In this document: positions 37,600 through 50,500 of the stretch, in pieces | How the letters are laid out: each line of letters opens with the position of its first letter | Numbering within the stretch: the first letter of the stretch is position 1 | Assembly: GCA_010909165.1 (NCBI GenBank) | Contig: VJWM01000327.1 | Coordinates: 2,905 to 66,904, forward strand | Source of the DNA: Anthoceros angustus | Taxonomy: Eukaryota > Plantae > Anthocerotophyta | Length of the DNA stretch: 64,000 nucleotides | Reading direction: 5' to 3' | The notes under the pieces: model-generated | The model's input: only the letters and a program-made list of their open reading frames with translations | Databases searched by the model: none | Told to the model about the DNA's origin: nothing | Program-made: the position numbers and the translations under genes

Positions 37600-39300
37600 G
37601 GTAAGCATCGCACTATGAGTCTTTAGCCGATTGCCATCCTCCGAAACATGCAATCTTGTGTGTGCGCTTGAGAACATCCGATGCCACAAACGGATTGTGC
37701 AATTTTTAACACATTTTGATGCGGATCGCGAACAATTGGTCGGAAGCACCCGGAACGCGGACGTCCTGCCCCTTGCTCAACTTGTCGCTTTATGCGGCGC
37801 CTTTGTTCACCGATTTGACTAGCTTCCACTATGATAAGTGTTCGATGGCTTTTGAATCGGGATGGAATCGAGAAGCAAGCAACGATTTTCAAATCCAAGA
37901 AGGTACTTGATTGTTATTCGATTATACGCTTCTTACTTTGCTTTTACTTTTACTAATATTTATGTGTCAACCCCCGCAGACAAGAACCATGACGCCACCG
38001 TGAGCGCCACTCGACAAATTACTTCCCACCCATGGGGATCCAGATATGACGCTAACGCAGAGTTTGAACCACCACTGGAGATAAGAAAGATCGTAGAAAA
38101 AGGTATTCGTGAAAATGATTGCGTTAGTCCTGTATGTTCTCGTTGGTCGAGTCTAACAAAACCCGTGGGTTGTCCTCATGAGCACACAATGTTCGTCATG
38201 GACAAACAAGACCTTAAGCATCTTTGTAGATGCCCGCTTGAATAAGATAAAGAAGGTAAGCACTTTTTTAATTCATAAACTTGATCTAAGTATGCTCAAA
38301 TCCAAAATCTTAACCCTAAATTTATCTCGCATAGGATAAAAAGAACCTTCAACAACAAATCAATTGAGCCGGAAACGATACACTTGTGGAAAGGTTTAAT
38401 GGACACCGATTTCAATGCAAACAATGTTGGAGGGATATCAAAGTTCAATCCAGGCAGTAATGGAGGTAATCTGAAATTACATTCATACCTTCTTTGCTTC
38501 TTCACATTTACCTTCTTATAACTTGGCACACGTAACGGAAAACAAGTAAAAACATAAAGGACAAAGTCGATAAGATTGACAACAACATTGACAACGCAGC
38601 CATCTCCAATCAGGTATACAAAATGTATAATGTATATAATTTGGATTAATATGATTTTGGTTTAAGAAAGTAATGATTTTGGTTTTGATCGTGCAAAAAG
38701 AGAAAAATTGATGACTTCAAGGAGGATGGACCAACTTACAGTCACTTGAGTTCACCGAGTTTGGAAAGTGGATGAGCAATTTTCAATATCCACCACTTTT
38801 CAAGACTTTAAAATAAGTAAGTCGTAATTTGGGAGCATAGTCTAAAAGAGCACACCCATCTTGAATGAAGATGGGTCCAACCCAACATTCGAAAGCAGAT
38901 GATCCAAGCAAGTAAGTCGCGATAACTTCTTTCTTCTATTATTTTCATTACATATAATTCTATGTAATGTAATTCGTATGCATTGAATGCGTAGATAGGG
39001 GCAGCAATTGAAAATAAGGAGTTGAAAACGATGACTTGTTGTCTCTCATGGAAGAACCGAGACAACGAAAAATATTCAAAAGGTACATCGCTTTGAAAGG
39101 TAATATCTGCATTCCAAGAAAAATTCTAATGTTTCTTCTCGTAACATACGATCACATTTTCCGCAGTGGGGAATCTTCACAAAGACGTGTTTAACGCTTG
39201 TCGAAAAGGTATATGCAAAGAAAGATCTTCTCCGAATTGAAATGGAGGTAAATGACTAATTACTTTTACTTTTTGTTTGTAGTTATCAAAGAATCAAAAC
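37600..39300 (+). pseudogene. Degenerate multi-exon gene of unknown function, divergent from the KDZ-like transposase
   Basis: Series of short AT-rich GT...AG introns (about 37903-37979, 38255-38334, 38910-38998, 39100-39166, 39248-39282) between purine-rich coding-like segments. Confidence 0.4.
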
Positions 39301-39354
39301 GAGTTGTTTTCACTCTTTGAGGTGAGTACTAAAGGTGAGTACTAAAGGTCGGGG

Positions 39355-39416
39355 TGCACGGCCTAGAACGGTCTCGGCCTCACGGCCTCGACCGTTCTCG
39401 GCCGTGACGCCCCTCC
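39355..39416 (-). other. Hairpin / candidate Gypsy PPT plus LTR start
   Basis: Inverted repeat CACGGCCTAGAACGGTC...GACCGTTCTCGGCCGTG. The minus strand reads GGAGGGG then CGTCACGGCC, which resembles PPT-TGTCAC. Confidence 0.4.
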
Positions 39417-39869
39417 GCGCGTCCGTTCCCTAATACGTAGTATGCATTCAAATCAAATTCAGGCATTTTCCATGAAGAGTCAAAAACGGGAATTATACCG
39501 GTCAACCGGACAGAGCCCCTACTGTCTACAAGTCCTGGCTACCCAAAGGGTCATCTACTTCAACCAAATTGAGCTCCGAATCTAGCACCGCTTTCTACAT
39601 TTTCCAAATCCCGCCTGTCACCAAAGTCATCACCTTCAACTCAAAATGTAAAACGCTTGAGCCTCCGTTGTCTGCGTGGTAGTGTGCCGCTTTCATCCCA
39701 TATTGTCAATGCCTTGGTCTTCAACCGGCCGTCCCGGGTCTCATGGAGTCCTTCATTCTCGACCTTCTTTCCAAGCAAGCTATACACTTGCATTTTCCTG
39801 CCAATGCCTCCTCGCATGCATCTCCTTTGCCCAAAACTTGCTGTGGCCTCGCGAAAACTTATCCGTTGT

Positions 39870-40560
39870 TATTTCTTCGAACTCGTCACCGCCTCCAACC
39901 TGCTCACTGCTAGACATATACATTGAGCATCGGCCTTGTCAATGGCCACAACGCTCCTTTTCCGCTGAATCCCGCCACCAAAATGATCGATCCTGACAAA
40001 GCGCCAACAATCCTCGTTGGAGAACATGTTCACCAACATGCCTAATAAGCCCATGTGTTTCGATATGGCGATATACGATCTTATCACCAGTGGTAAATCG
40101 CCTTCTTCACCAAGGCCCATGCCTGGATAACTCTTGGGAGCACTGCTTGATGTCTTTGCCGGCAAAAAGAGGAGCTTTTCCGACATTGACTCGCCTTCAC
40201 CGCGGCTCCCAATCAAATATTCCACTGCTTCAACAAAGACCACTGCTCGTGGGATGTTGGTTTTCTCCCATACCTGTGGTTTGTATGACTCCTTTCCTAC
40301 ACCAGACCTCAAAGCCTCCCCGGCTTGAATCACCCCATCCACCCCATGCATAAGAATTATCCTAACACATCGCCGTGGTCTTCTCGTTGAAAGAGCTGAT
40401 GATCTCTTCAATTCTTCTTCAACGAAAGCCTTGTCATTCTCATGCATGTAAACCTCGAGGGAGGTCGCAGAAAAGAAGAGTATACCTCCTCGGTGGCAAA
40501 AATCCTTTCATATCCAAAATGTCTCGATGCACCACCGATATGCCACTTTGTCCAAGACCT
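39870..40560 (-). pseudogene. Beta-class N6-adenine/N4-cytosine DNA methyltransferase domain (N6_N4_Mtase-like), frameshifted
   Basis: Motifs in beta order: SVVHRDILDMKGFLP..RYTLLFCDLP.G (motif III-IV, DPPY-like); VWEKTN; EAVEYLI; K.MGLL..LVNMFSNED (motif X); degenerate xGSG (motif I); RKRSVVAIDK (motif II); SRL. Confidence 0.72.
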
Positions 40561-40949
40561 GTGCACTCAAACCGCCGCCACCGCATCCATGTCCTTGTCG
40601 GCCATTTGTTTTCGCTCTTCTTCCATCCGCTTCCGCCATGCGCTATAAACAAAATCTTGGAAAGGTTTTGGCAGCTTTCCAAATCCTCAATGTCTCCTCG
40701 CAAGCAGCGGTGGTCGGCGAACTCATTGAGAGTGGAGGCGCGGTCACCGGCGCAGTGGTGTGGCTCGCCGCCACAATGAACCGCCAAATGCGTGGAGGCC
40801 GCAGCCGCTGGCCCGCGCAGCTGGGTCACCGGGCGCTTAGTGCCGGCCAGCGCGCTGGGCCGCCGCGCGGGCGCAGGCGACTCGCGCTGCGCCTCACGCA
40901 ACAGAGGCGCGGCCACCGCGATTGCAGGCGCGTGACCGCGACTCAACGA

Positions 40950-41696
40950 ATACACTCACTTACCACTTCGCAAAAGTCGCTTGAAACTTCGCCAATTCCT
41001 TGGCCTCGATGTTGGGAAGCTTTGGCGACTTCATAAGGTCGACACTTCATAGCCTTCGAAAGGCATGCTCGATAAGGTTAATCTTCTTCCTGCCAACATC
41101 GTATCCATATCTTTTAGCTGCAGCTTCCTTGGATGACCTTGGGTCACTATCAACATCTCTCACCTTCTCGCCCTTCGGGACTCCTTGGAATGCTCCATGC
41201 CCTTCCGAGCATTGGAGCCGGACGAGGGGGCCGATTAGGGACCCGGGCTGCTGTAGTTGGGTCTTGTGGCTTCCGCTTTCGCCGCTGCCGCCCCGATCGG
41301 CTGCTCTCGCCGCCTGGGAGTTCGCACTTCTCCCACATCCGGAAAATGGTGTCCACGTTCTCCCACAATTTACCCTCGCACTCGCAATCCTCAACGCAGT
41401 CTTCCTCCACCATCTTCAGACATAATCGGTGTCCTTGAGTTTCCAGCCTCCTCCAAAGATCCCCAAAGAACTTGTACACATTGAACTTCCACCGCACGAG
41501 GTTTTCCATCGGGTGTGTCCGGCCAAATCTCAAGCTCATCATGTATGTAGCGACTTGTTCAATAAAACCAAGCTTCTTCCTCTTGTCATACACATTGTGA
41601 TCAACCGCCAAAGACCCGCATTTCTTCCTCTCAAGCTGCATACATGGCCTCGAGCCATTGAAATTTATCTTCCGCGGATACATTTTGGTGGTCTGT
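40950..41696 (-). pseudogene. C-terminal half of a ParB/Srx-like domain plus helical linker, upstream of the methyltransferase
   Basis: ...KFQWLEA..YA...SLAVDHNVYDKRKKLGFIEQV... continues the segment cut at 62760; the junction is defined by the TGT TSD. Confidence 0.55.
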
Positions 41697-41988
41697 CCTA
41701 CTAGAAATGGCGCCTATGTTACACTTATGTTAAGATTTGGACCCTCGGATGTAACACTTATGTTGCAATTTTGGGGTCATGTAACACTTTTTGGGCCTCT
41801 TGTTACACTTTGGCTTGGAAACCAAACTGAGTTTGTTGCAACCATGTTGCAATGGTGTTGCAATTATGTTGAGATGAAGTGAGAGGTGCTTTTGTCCTCT
41901 CAAGATTGCAATATATAAAGTGTTACAAGAAAAGTCTTGTAACACTTTTGGAGGCTTGGTACCAAACCTCCTCCCCATCTACCTTCCT

Positions 41989-44747
41989 CCTTTTACTACC
42001 TCCTCGTGTCGCAAGTCCGCAACATTGGGAACCTTTACCAAGATTCATCCTCCGCTGAGGATGAGTCGCCTCCTCCGAGGTTGATGTGCCGCCTCCCCAA
42101 CACCGCCTGCCCATCTTCTTTCTCCCTTTGAGCATGCTGGGCCTCTCGCTAGATTCGCACCTCGCTCCGTCCTCATGCATCCTCCCTACTTATATACTCC
42201 ACAAACCGCCCGACCATTACACCCATCCACAACCGAACTGGTCCATTCCTACTCCTACCTACTAACTCAGTGAAATTAACAACAATACCATATTCCCAAG
42301 AACGCGCAAAATGTGGCGCGACTTTCGATGGCCACAAGACAATCCTGGTCGCTAGGAAGGAGTCCGCTCAAGGGAATGGTCTCGGCTTATTCTCGCTCGA
42401 GTTTCTGTACCATCGCCGAACGGACTTCATCAGGTCCGGGTCCCACAACCCTAAGGGTGTGCCCTCCACAACTCGCTGACTGCAGTAGCCAACGGACCTT
42501 CCCACAAACCCCGCCGGATTTCTCCAAGACCACCGAACAGTTTAGCGACGCTCCTCCATCACCACGACTCAGCGCCCCCCGCCTCAACTCGTCCGCCACA
42601 ACTCCACCTCAACACACACGCCTGCAACGCCACCCTCCTCTCTTATCCATCACCAAATAGTAGTCACAACACCAACACGCCGATGTATTCACACCAGCCG
42701 CCTTTTGCCCCTTCCTACCGCTTCACGCTCATGGAGAAGTAGCTTTGCTGCAACCCCACAGCTCCGAGCCTCCAAGGATGGCTTCCGCAGTCACCCCAAG
42801 CGCCTCCCTCCTCCACCGCTTCACGCTCAGAGAAGTGGCTTCACACGCATCCCACACCTCCGCTCCAAGCCTCCAAGGATGGCTTCCGCCCGCAGGTCAC
42901 CCCCAAGCGCCCTAATCCTCCACCGCCCACGCTCATGACTCTGCACTGCATCCCCACATTGCTCCAAAGAAGGTTAGTCTCGACCCGAGAAATCACCCGC
43001 GAAAGCACCTCCCGAGCTCAGTCCGTCCCCCGTCCGCACTCCATCAAGCGTGCTGGCGGAGCTCGTCACCGAGCTCTAAACACATCCTCTACCACCAATT
43101 AATCCTCGCACGGACGCAGAACTCACTCCGCCTCGAGCACTAAAGGCAAGAGCACACGGAGCCAAGATGGTACCCGGATAGTCTGCCTTGGACGCCAGCC
43201 TTCCTATATACTCCCATACCCTAACCTAACCCGCCTATGTATGTATCCTAACCGCCATGTATGTACCTAACCCCTGGTCGTGGTAACCGCCGGACGTAGC
43301 TCATCATCGCTACGGACTTCTGCACCACCGCCCCGCCAAACAAGATCCATGCCAGCGATGCCCACCAAACTAAACCACCCGCCCCACCACTCTGACCCCC
43401 GACCTCACCCACCCGACCTCCGGCGACCGACGACCCACCCGGACCCCGCCCCGACGGACCACGGCCGGACCGCCCGGACGGACCACCGCGGACCGGACCT
43501 CCACCGGACCGCCCTGACCTGACCAACTGGCTGACCGCTCACACCCACCCTGACCGCTCACGGACTCACCTCCAACGGACGAGGGTCTAGGGATTGCACC
43601 GTAAGTGCAATCAAATGGCCTTATTGGCTAACTCCTCCCTATCCCTCTTAACAAGAAAAAAAAAGCAAAACAAGCCGCCAAGAGTACCTGACATCGATTT
43701 GGCACCCACATACTCCTTCTCATCCGCCGCCAACACCCTGCAATACTCTTCCCTCTGACTCTCCCTTCTCGCCTTTACTACCTCCTCGCAAGTCCCAAGC
43801 AACATTGGGAACCTTTTTACCAAGATTCATCCTCCGCTGAGGATGAGTCCCTCCTCCTCCGAGGTTGATGTGCCGCCCTCCCAACACCTGCCCATCTTCT
43901 TTCTCCCTTTGAGCATGGCCTCCCGCTAGATTCAAGACCCCTGCCTCCGGCCCTGCATCCTCCCTACTCATATACTCCACAAACCGCCCGACCATTACAC
44001 CCATCCACAACCGCAACTGGCAGTACCGTCCTACTCACTTCCTACTAACTCAGCAGCCCACAACAATACCATTCTCAAGAACGGCAAAATGTGGCGCGAC
44101 CGGGATGGCCACCGGCCAAGACAATCCCGTGTCGCTAGGAAGGAGTCCGCTCCCAAGGGAATGGTCTCGTGCTTATTCTCGCCTCGAGCTCTACAATCGC
44201 CTCGAACGGACTTCATCAGTTGGGTCGGCCCACAACCCTAAGGGTGTGCCCTCCACAACTCGTCGACTGCACGCGCCACCACCGGACCTTCCCACAAACC
44301 CCGCCTCAAGAACCGTGTTTAACGACGCTGCCTCACGCCTACGCATTTCCAGCCTCTCCTCAACTTCTCCGCCACAACTCCACCTCAACACAGAACGACC
44401 CTCCTCTGTCCATCACCAAGAGTCACAACACCAACACGCTGATGTATTCACACCAGCCGCTTTGCCCTTCCGCCGCTTCACGCTCATGGAGAAGTAGCTG
44501 CACTGCAACCCCACGCCTGCTCCAAAGAGCCTCCAAGGATGGCTGCAGTCACCCCAAGCGCCCTAATCCCTCCCGACCGCTTCAATGCTCATGGAGAAGT
44601 GGTTTCACCGCATCCACAGCCTGCTCCAGCCTCCAAGGATGGCTTCCGCCCCAGCAGTCACCCCAAGCGCCTAATCCCACCGCTTCACGCTCAGGAGAAG
44701 TGGCTTGCACTGATCCCCACGCCTCCGCTCCAAGCAGCTCTCCAAGG
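41989..44747. repeat. Exact copy of 49018-51776 (about 1.5 units of the 1.8-kb tandem repeat)
   Basis: Identical ORF tracks at offset 7029 (e.g. 42270/49299, 44105/51134). Confidence 0.93.
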
Positions 44748-45231
44748 AACTTGTACACATTGAACTTCCACCGCACGAGGTTTTCCATCGGGTGTGTCCG
44801 GCCAAATCTCAAGCTCATCATGTATGTAGCGACTTGTTCAATAAAACCAAGCTTCTTCCTCTTGTCATACACATTGTGATCAACCGCCAAAGACCCGCAT
44901 TTCTTCCTCTCAAGCTGCATACATGGCCTCGAGCCATTGAAATTTATCTTCCGCGGATACATTTTGGTGGTCTGTCCTACTAGAAATGGCGCCTATGTTA
45001 CACTTATGTTAAGATTTGGACCCTCGGATGTAACACTTATGTTGCAATTTTGGGGTCATGTAACACTTTTTGGGCCTCTTGTTACACTTTGGCTTGGAAA
45101 CCAAACTGAGTTTGTTGCAACCATGTTGCAATGGTGTTGCAATTATGTTGAGATGAAGTGAGAGGTGCTTTTGTCCTCTCAAGATTGCAATATATAAAGT
45201 GTTACAAGAAAAGTCTTGTAACACTTTTGGA
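44747..45231. repeat. Exact copy of 41468-41952 (flank, left TIR and subterminal repeats)
   Basis: Identical sequence at offset 3279; second left TIR at 44976. Confidence 0.93.
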
Positions 45232-47029
45232 ATCACGCAAGGCCGATTTCAACTGGCGCTCACAACGAGGCATTATCTTGGCGCATCCATTATCGGAGAT
45301 GTGTGTTGATGTCATCGTTATGTGCAAATGAGGTTTCTTGGTGACCAAAAGCGTATGTGCATATCTTCGCCCATTCCCATCAATAGAATCCATCCGCTCT
45401 TGCGAATCCCCTCAATACCATTGTAACCGTTAATCCATAAGGCCGAGTGGAATCCAAGGCGACTGGATCTTGGTTCTTCCGCAACAACGCTCCACTCTTG
45501 TCCGTTGTACCGCTTGGAAGAGAATCGGAGCTTTTTCACCGAAAGCTGCTCCACAAAGTTAAAAGCATGAGGAATCGCAGGATCGCATTTCCACCGAGGT
45601 TGGTGCTCCCTCGCGGCCATCAATGTCTTCATATCCTCTCGCTTGAGTACCCTTTGAGGTGGACGTCCGGACACTACCATGAGAGGATTCTCTCAATTGC
45701 ATAATAGCGGGGGTTCTGTTACCACATTCGCGGGATCGCATCCCTCATCCGACGCGCTTGCGCGATCCCGCTCTGCACGCGCATCGCGCCCGCCTCGATG
45801 CGTGGCGCCTCCAACGCAGGGGTCGATCTCGCATGCTTATTGCTCCGTGAAGGCCTCGCGATCACCATCCCGCAATCTTCAAAACCTCATGCGGGAAGTT
45901 GGGAGGAAGTAAGAGAATTATCCGGACTCTCGAACTCTTGATGAAAAGGAGAGGCTCGAGCTGTGGAAATGAAATATGGATGTTTGAACCGCATCAACGG
46001 ATTACGATAAAGCCTTAACACCGCTAGTTACGCTAAACGGCTCGAAGTTGTAGCAACGGTCACCGAACACGGCCATCATTCATTTAACCTCAAATGCCTA
46101 AAATAGGCCCATTACAAATTCGATGCATCCACCTCATCTTATGCCATCATTTTCTAAGGATGTGGCGCACTCTCATTCAAGGTCCATCGAACTGCATTTA
46201 TCACCATCATCACCGAACCGCAATTATAAATCATCCAACACCACACGGTACCTTATGTCACATGTCTATAATTGTGGGTGTGACTTTGATCTTGATTCAA
46301 AGTGCGTTCTTCCCTCGCATGCAGGTAGCTCTTGAAAATTTGCCGATGTTGAAGCGGTGGAAGGAGTTCTTGAAGTCAAAGGACTTGGATGCTATCGTGG
46401 AACGCGAGATTCCTCCCGATATGCAACACTCCTCGAGGCATCAACGGGTTCCTTGAAATGCCTATCGCCAAGGTATTCAAGTTGAAGAGGGAGAACTAGA
46501 TGAAGGTACGTCGTGCAAACTCGCGAAATCGATTGCATTCCAAAGGCTCTTGAACATGATTCCATGTGTGTTATTCAGACTGCAGTGCACGGCCTCCACC
46601 ACTTCCGACGCGATAATCGCATCCATTCCAAAGACACCGCCTGCTTTCAAGATGTTGGATTCCATTCACGGAAGTCCTTCTCCGCCAGAGCCTCCGTACA
46701 TCCCGCCCATCCGCAAGACTACTCCTCGGAAGTGCTCCACGGACGACACAATCGGATATGGCCGCCTGTTGGGGTGAATGCCAACTCGGTTTGCACCGGT
46801 TGTATCTAGAAGATACTTTCCACTGCGGGCCCCAAAGACGTTCGGTGGAACTGATGTGGAGGAAGAGGACTCGGATGATGTGCATTTGAACATCCACCTA
46901 AAGGCGTATATACAATTTGAAGCCCGGTCCGAATCATTTATCGAGCATGGCGAGACCACCACGTAGACGCCAAGTAGACGGCAATCTAAAGTGCCCGAGA
47001 TGAAATGTGAAGAGGTTCGTATACCCGTG

Positions 47030-47480
47030 ATTTTCGCAAAACTTGTGGTAGACAATGCTTGAGGACAATAGGGAAGGCAACCTTCGAGATTTGAGGTATC
47101 GGTTCCTTAGAATGTGCGGTGAGGAGCGAGATGCACCTACAATCCCTTTTGATGTCGATTATGAGAGCGATGGAAGGGTTAGGTAGACTCGTTTCTTGTC
47201 GGACGAGGAAAAGTGTATTGTTGTAGAGAGGCCTTGACGCATTGTATCGGTCAGCACGAAAGAAAGCAGAGCGTTGAAACATTGCATGGTCTCGCCTTCC
47301 GCGAGAAAGGCGACTGAATCAAGATGTCTGCAGCCTGGCGTGGATGAACCAACTGCTTATGCTTATTGCCGAGAGAATGCCAAACATTGAAGTGTATCAC
47401 CTTCCGACTCTTACTCAAAAGGCGAGGTGTTTCAAGAATACAAGCAACATATGCAACAAGGCCAAGAAGACAAAGTGCTG
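47030..47480 (+). pseudogene. N-terminal fragment of a Sola-related (DUF7869-type) transposase
   Basis: C...CL...; KVYCCREAL; AWMNQLLMLIAERMPNIEVYHLPTLTQK matches the W.......MP.....HLP....K motif. Truncated by the tandem array. Confidence 0.5.
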
Positions 47481-47519
47481 TTTCTCATTCCTACTTTTGT
47501 CACCTTTAGCCACTGTAGC

Positions 47520-50500
47520 GCTGACTTTCGCTGATGGCCAGCCGGGCCAGACAATCCCGTGGTAGGAAGAAGTCCGTTCTCAAGGGAAATGGTTCTGTGC
47601 TTATTCCGCTCGAGTCCACTATCACCTGAATCCGGACTTCATCATGTTGGGTCCGGGCTACCCACAACCCTAAGGGTGTGCCTCCACAACCTCGCTCTGG
47701 ACACGACCACCTGACCTTCCCACAAACCCCGCCTGTTTCTCCAAGACCACCGAACAGCGACGCTGCCTCCATCGCCCACGACTCTAGCCCCTGGGCCCTC
47801 AACTCGTCCGCCACAACTCACCAACACACACACGCGAACGCCACCCTCCTCTCTTTGTCCATCACCAACAGTAGTCAACACCAACACGCCGATGTATTCA
47901 CACACTGTGCCGCTTTGCCCTACCGCTTCCTACGCTCGCTGGAGAAGTAGCTGCAAACAGAACCCCACTGCTCCAGCAGCCTCCAAGGATGGCTTCCGCC
48001 AGCAGTCACCCCAAGCGCCCTAATCCCTCCGACCGCTTCACGCTCAGAGAAGTGGCTTGCACTGCATCCACACCTCCGCTCCAAAGCAGCCTCCAAGGAT
48101 GGCTTCCACCGCAGTCACCCCAAGCGCCCTAATCCTCCTACCGCCTACTGCTCAGAGAAGTGGCTTCACCGCATCCCACAAATTGCTCCAGCCTCCAAGG
48201 TTAGTCTCGCACCCGAGAAATCACCCAGCACCTCCCGAGCTCAGTCCGCCCCTGCCGCACCCATCAAGCGTGCGGGCGGAGCTCGCCACCGAGCTCTAAA
48301 CACATCCTCTACCACCAATTAATCCGCACGGACGCAGAACTCACTCCGCCTCCTCGAGCACTAAAGGCAAGAGCACACGGAGCAAGATGGTACCGGATAG
48401 TCTCGCCGCCTTGGACGCCAGCCTTCCTATATACTCCCCATACCCTAACCTAACCCGCCTATGTATGTATCCTAACCTCGCTATGTATGTACCTAACCTG
48501 GTCGTGGTAACCCCCGGACGAGCTCATCACGCTACCTGACTTCGCACCGCTTCCCCGCCAAACAAGAGATCCATGCCAGCGATGCCCACCAAACTAAACC
48601 ACTGACCCTCTCGCCGACTCCGACCACCCATCGACCTCCTCAAGGACTGACCACCCATGACCGCCTCCCGACGGACCACCCCTGACCGCCTCGACGGACC
48701 ACCGCCTCCCGGACCCCTGACGGACCACTCGGACCTCGCCCGGACGGACCACCCGGCCTCGACCCGGACGACCACCCACCTGACCGCCCGACGGACCACT
48801 GCTCCAACTGACCGAGGGTCTAGGGATTGCACCGTAAGTGCAATCCGCCGAAATGGCCTTATTGGCTAACCTCCTATCCCTCTTAACAAAGAACGACCAA
48901 AAAGCAAAACAAGCCGCCAAGAGTACTGACATGATTTGGCACTCCACATACCCCTTCTCATCCGCGGCCCCGCCAACACCCTGTGCAATACTCCTTTCCG
49001 CTTTGACTCCCTTCTCGCCTTTTACTACCTCCTCGTGTCGCAAGTCCGCAACATTGGGAACCTTTACCAAGATTCATCCTCCGCTGAGGATGAGTCGCCT
49101 CCTCCGAGGTTGATGTGCCGCCTCCCCAACACCGCCTGCCCATCTTCTTTCTCCCTTTGAGCATGCTGGGCCTCTCGCTAGATTCGCACCTCGCTCCGTC
49201 CTCATGCATCCTCCCTACTTATATACTCCACAAACCGCCCGACCATTACACCCATCCACAACCGAACTGGTCCATTCCTACTCCTACCTACTAACTCAGT
49301 GAAATTAACAACAATACCATATTCCCAAGAACGCGCAAAATGTGGCGCGACTTTCGATGGCCACAAGACAATCCTGGTCGCTAGGAAGGAGTCCGCTCAA
49401 GGGAATGGTCTCGGCTTATTCTCGCTCGAGTTTCTGTACCATCGCCGAACGGACTTCATCAGGTCCGGGTCCCACAACCCTAAGGGTGTGCCCTCCACAA
49501 CTCGCTGACTGCAGTAGCCAACGGACCTTCCCACAAACCCCGCCGGATTTCTCCAAGACCACCGAACAGTTTAGCGACGCTCCTCCATCACCACGACTCA
49601 GCGCCCCCCGCCTCAACTCGTCCGCCACAACTCCACCTCAACACACACGCCTGCAACGCCACCCTCCTCTCTTATCCATCACCAAATAGTAGTCACAACA
49701 CCAACACGCCGATGTATTCACACCAGCCGCCTTTTGCCCCTTCCTACCGCTTCACGCTCATGGAGAAGTAGCTTTGCTGCAACCCCACAGCTCCGAGCCT
49801 CCAAGGATGGCTTCCGCAGTCACCCCAAGCGCCTCCCTCCTCCACCGCTTCACGCTCAGAGAAGTGGCTTCACACGCATCCCACACCTCCGCTCCAAGCC
49901 TCCAAGGATGGCTTCCGCCCGCAGGTCACCCCCAAGCGCCCTAATCCTCCACCGCCCACGCTCATGACTCTGCACTGCATCCCCACATTGCTCCAAAGAA
50001 GGTTAGTCTCGACCCGAGAAATCACCCGCGAAAGCACCTCCCGAGCTCAGTCCGTCCCCCGTCCGCACTCCATCAAGCGTGCTGGCGGAGCTCGTCACCG
50101 AGCTCTAAACACATCCTCTACCACCAATTAATCCTCGCACGGACGCAGAACTCACTCCGCCTCGAGCACTAAAGGCAAGAGCACACGGAGCCAAGATGGT
50201 ACCCGGATAGTCTGCCTTGGACGCCAGCCTTCCTATATACTCCCATACCCTAACCTAACCCGCCTATGTATGTATCCTAACCGCCATGTATGTACCTAAC
50301 CCCTGGTCGTGGTAACCGCCGGACGTAGCTCATCATCGCTACGGACTTCTGCACCACCGCCCCGCCAAACAAGATCCATGCCAGCGATGCCCACCAAACT
50401 AAACCACCCGCCCCACCACTCTGACCCCCGACCTCACCCACCCGACCTCCGGCGACCGACGACCCACCCGGACCCCGCCCCGACGGACCACGGCCGGACC

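Noticed and set aside
37780-37870. TET/JBP call for the KDZ partner gene
   Set aside because: A single HxD-like tripeptide without the distal H/R motifs is insufficient.
43218-43235. Telomere-like CCCTAACCTAACC
   Set aside because: Only about two degenerate units inside a tandem repeat; not an interstitial telomere.
45260-45680. Possible ribosome-inactivating-protein-like GF...W.E segment
   Set aside because: Too short, and the catalytic EAARF motif is not found.
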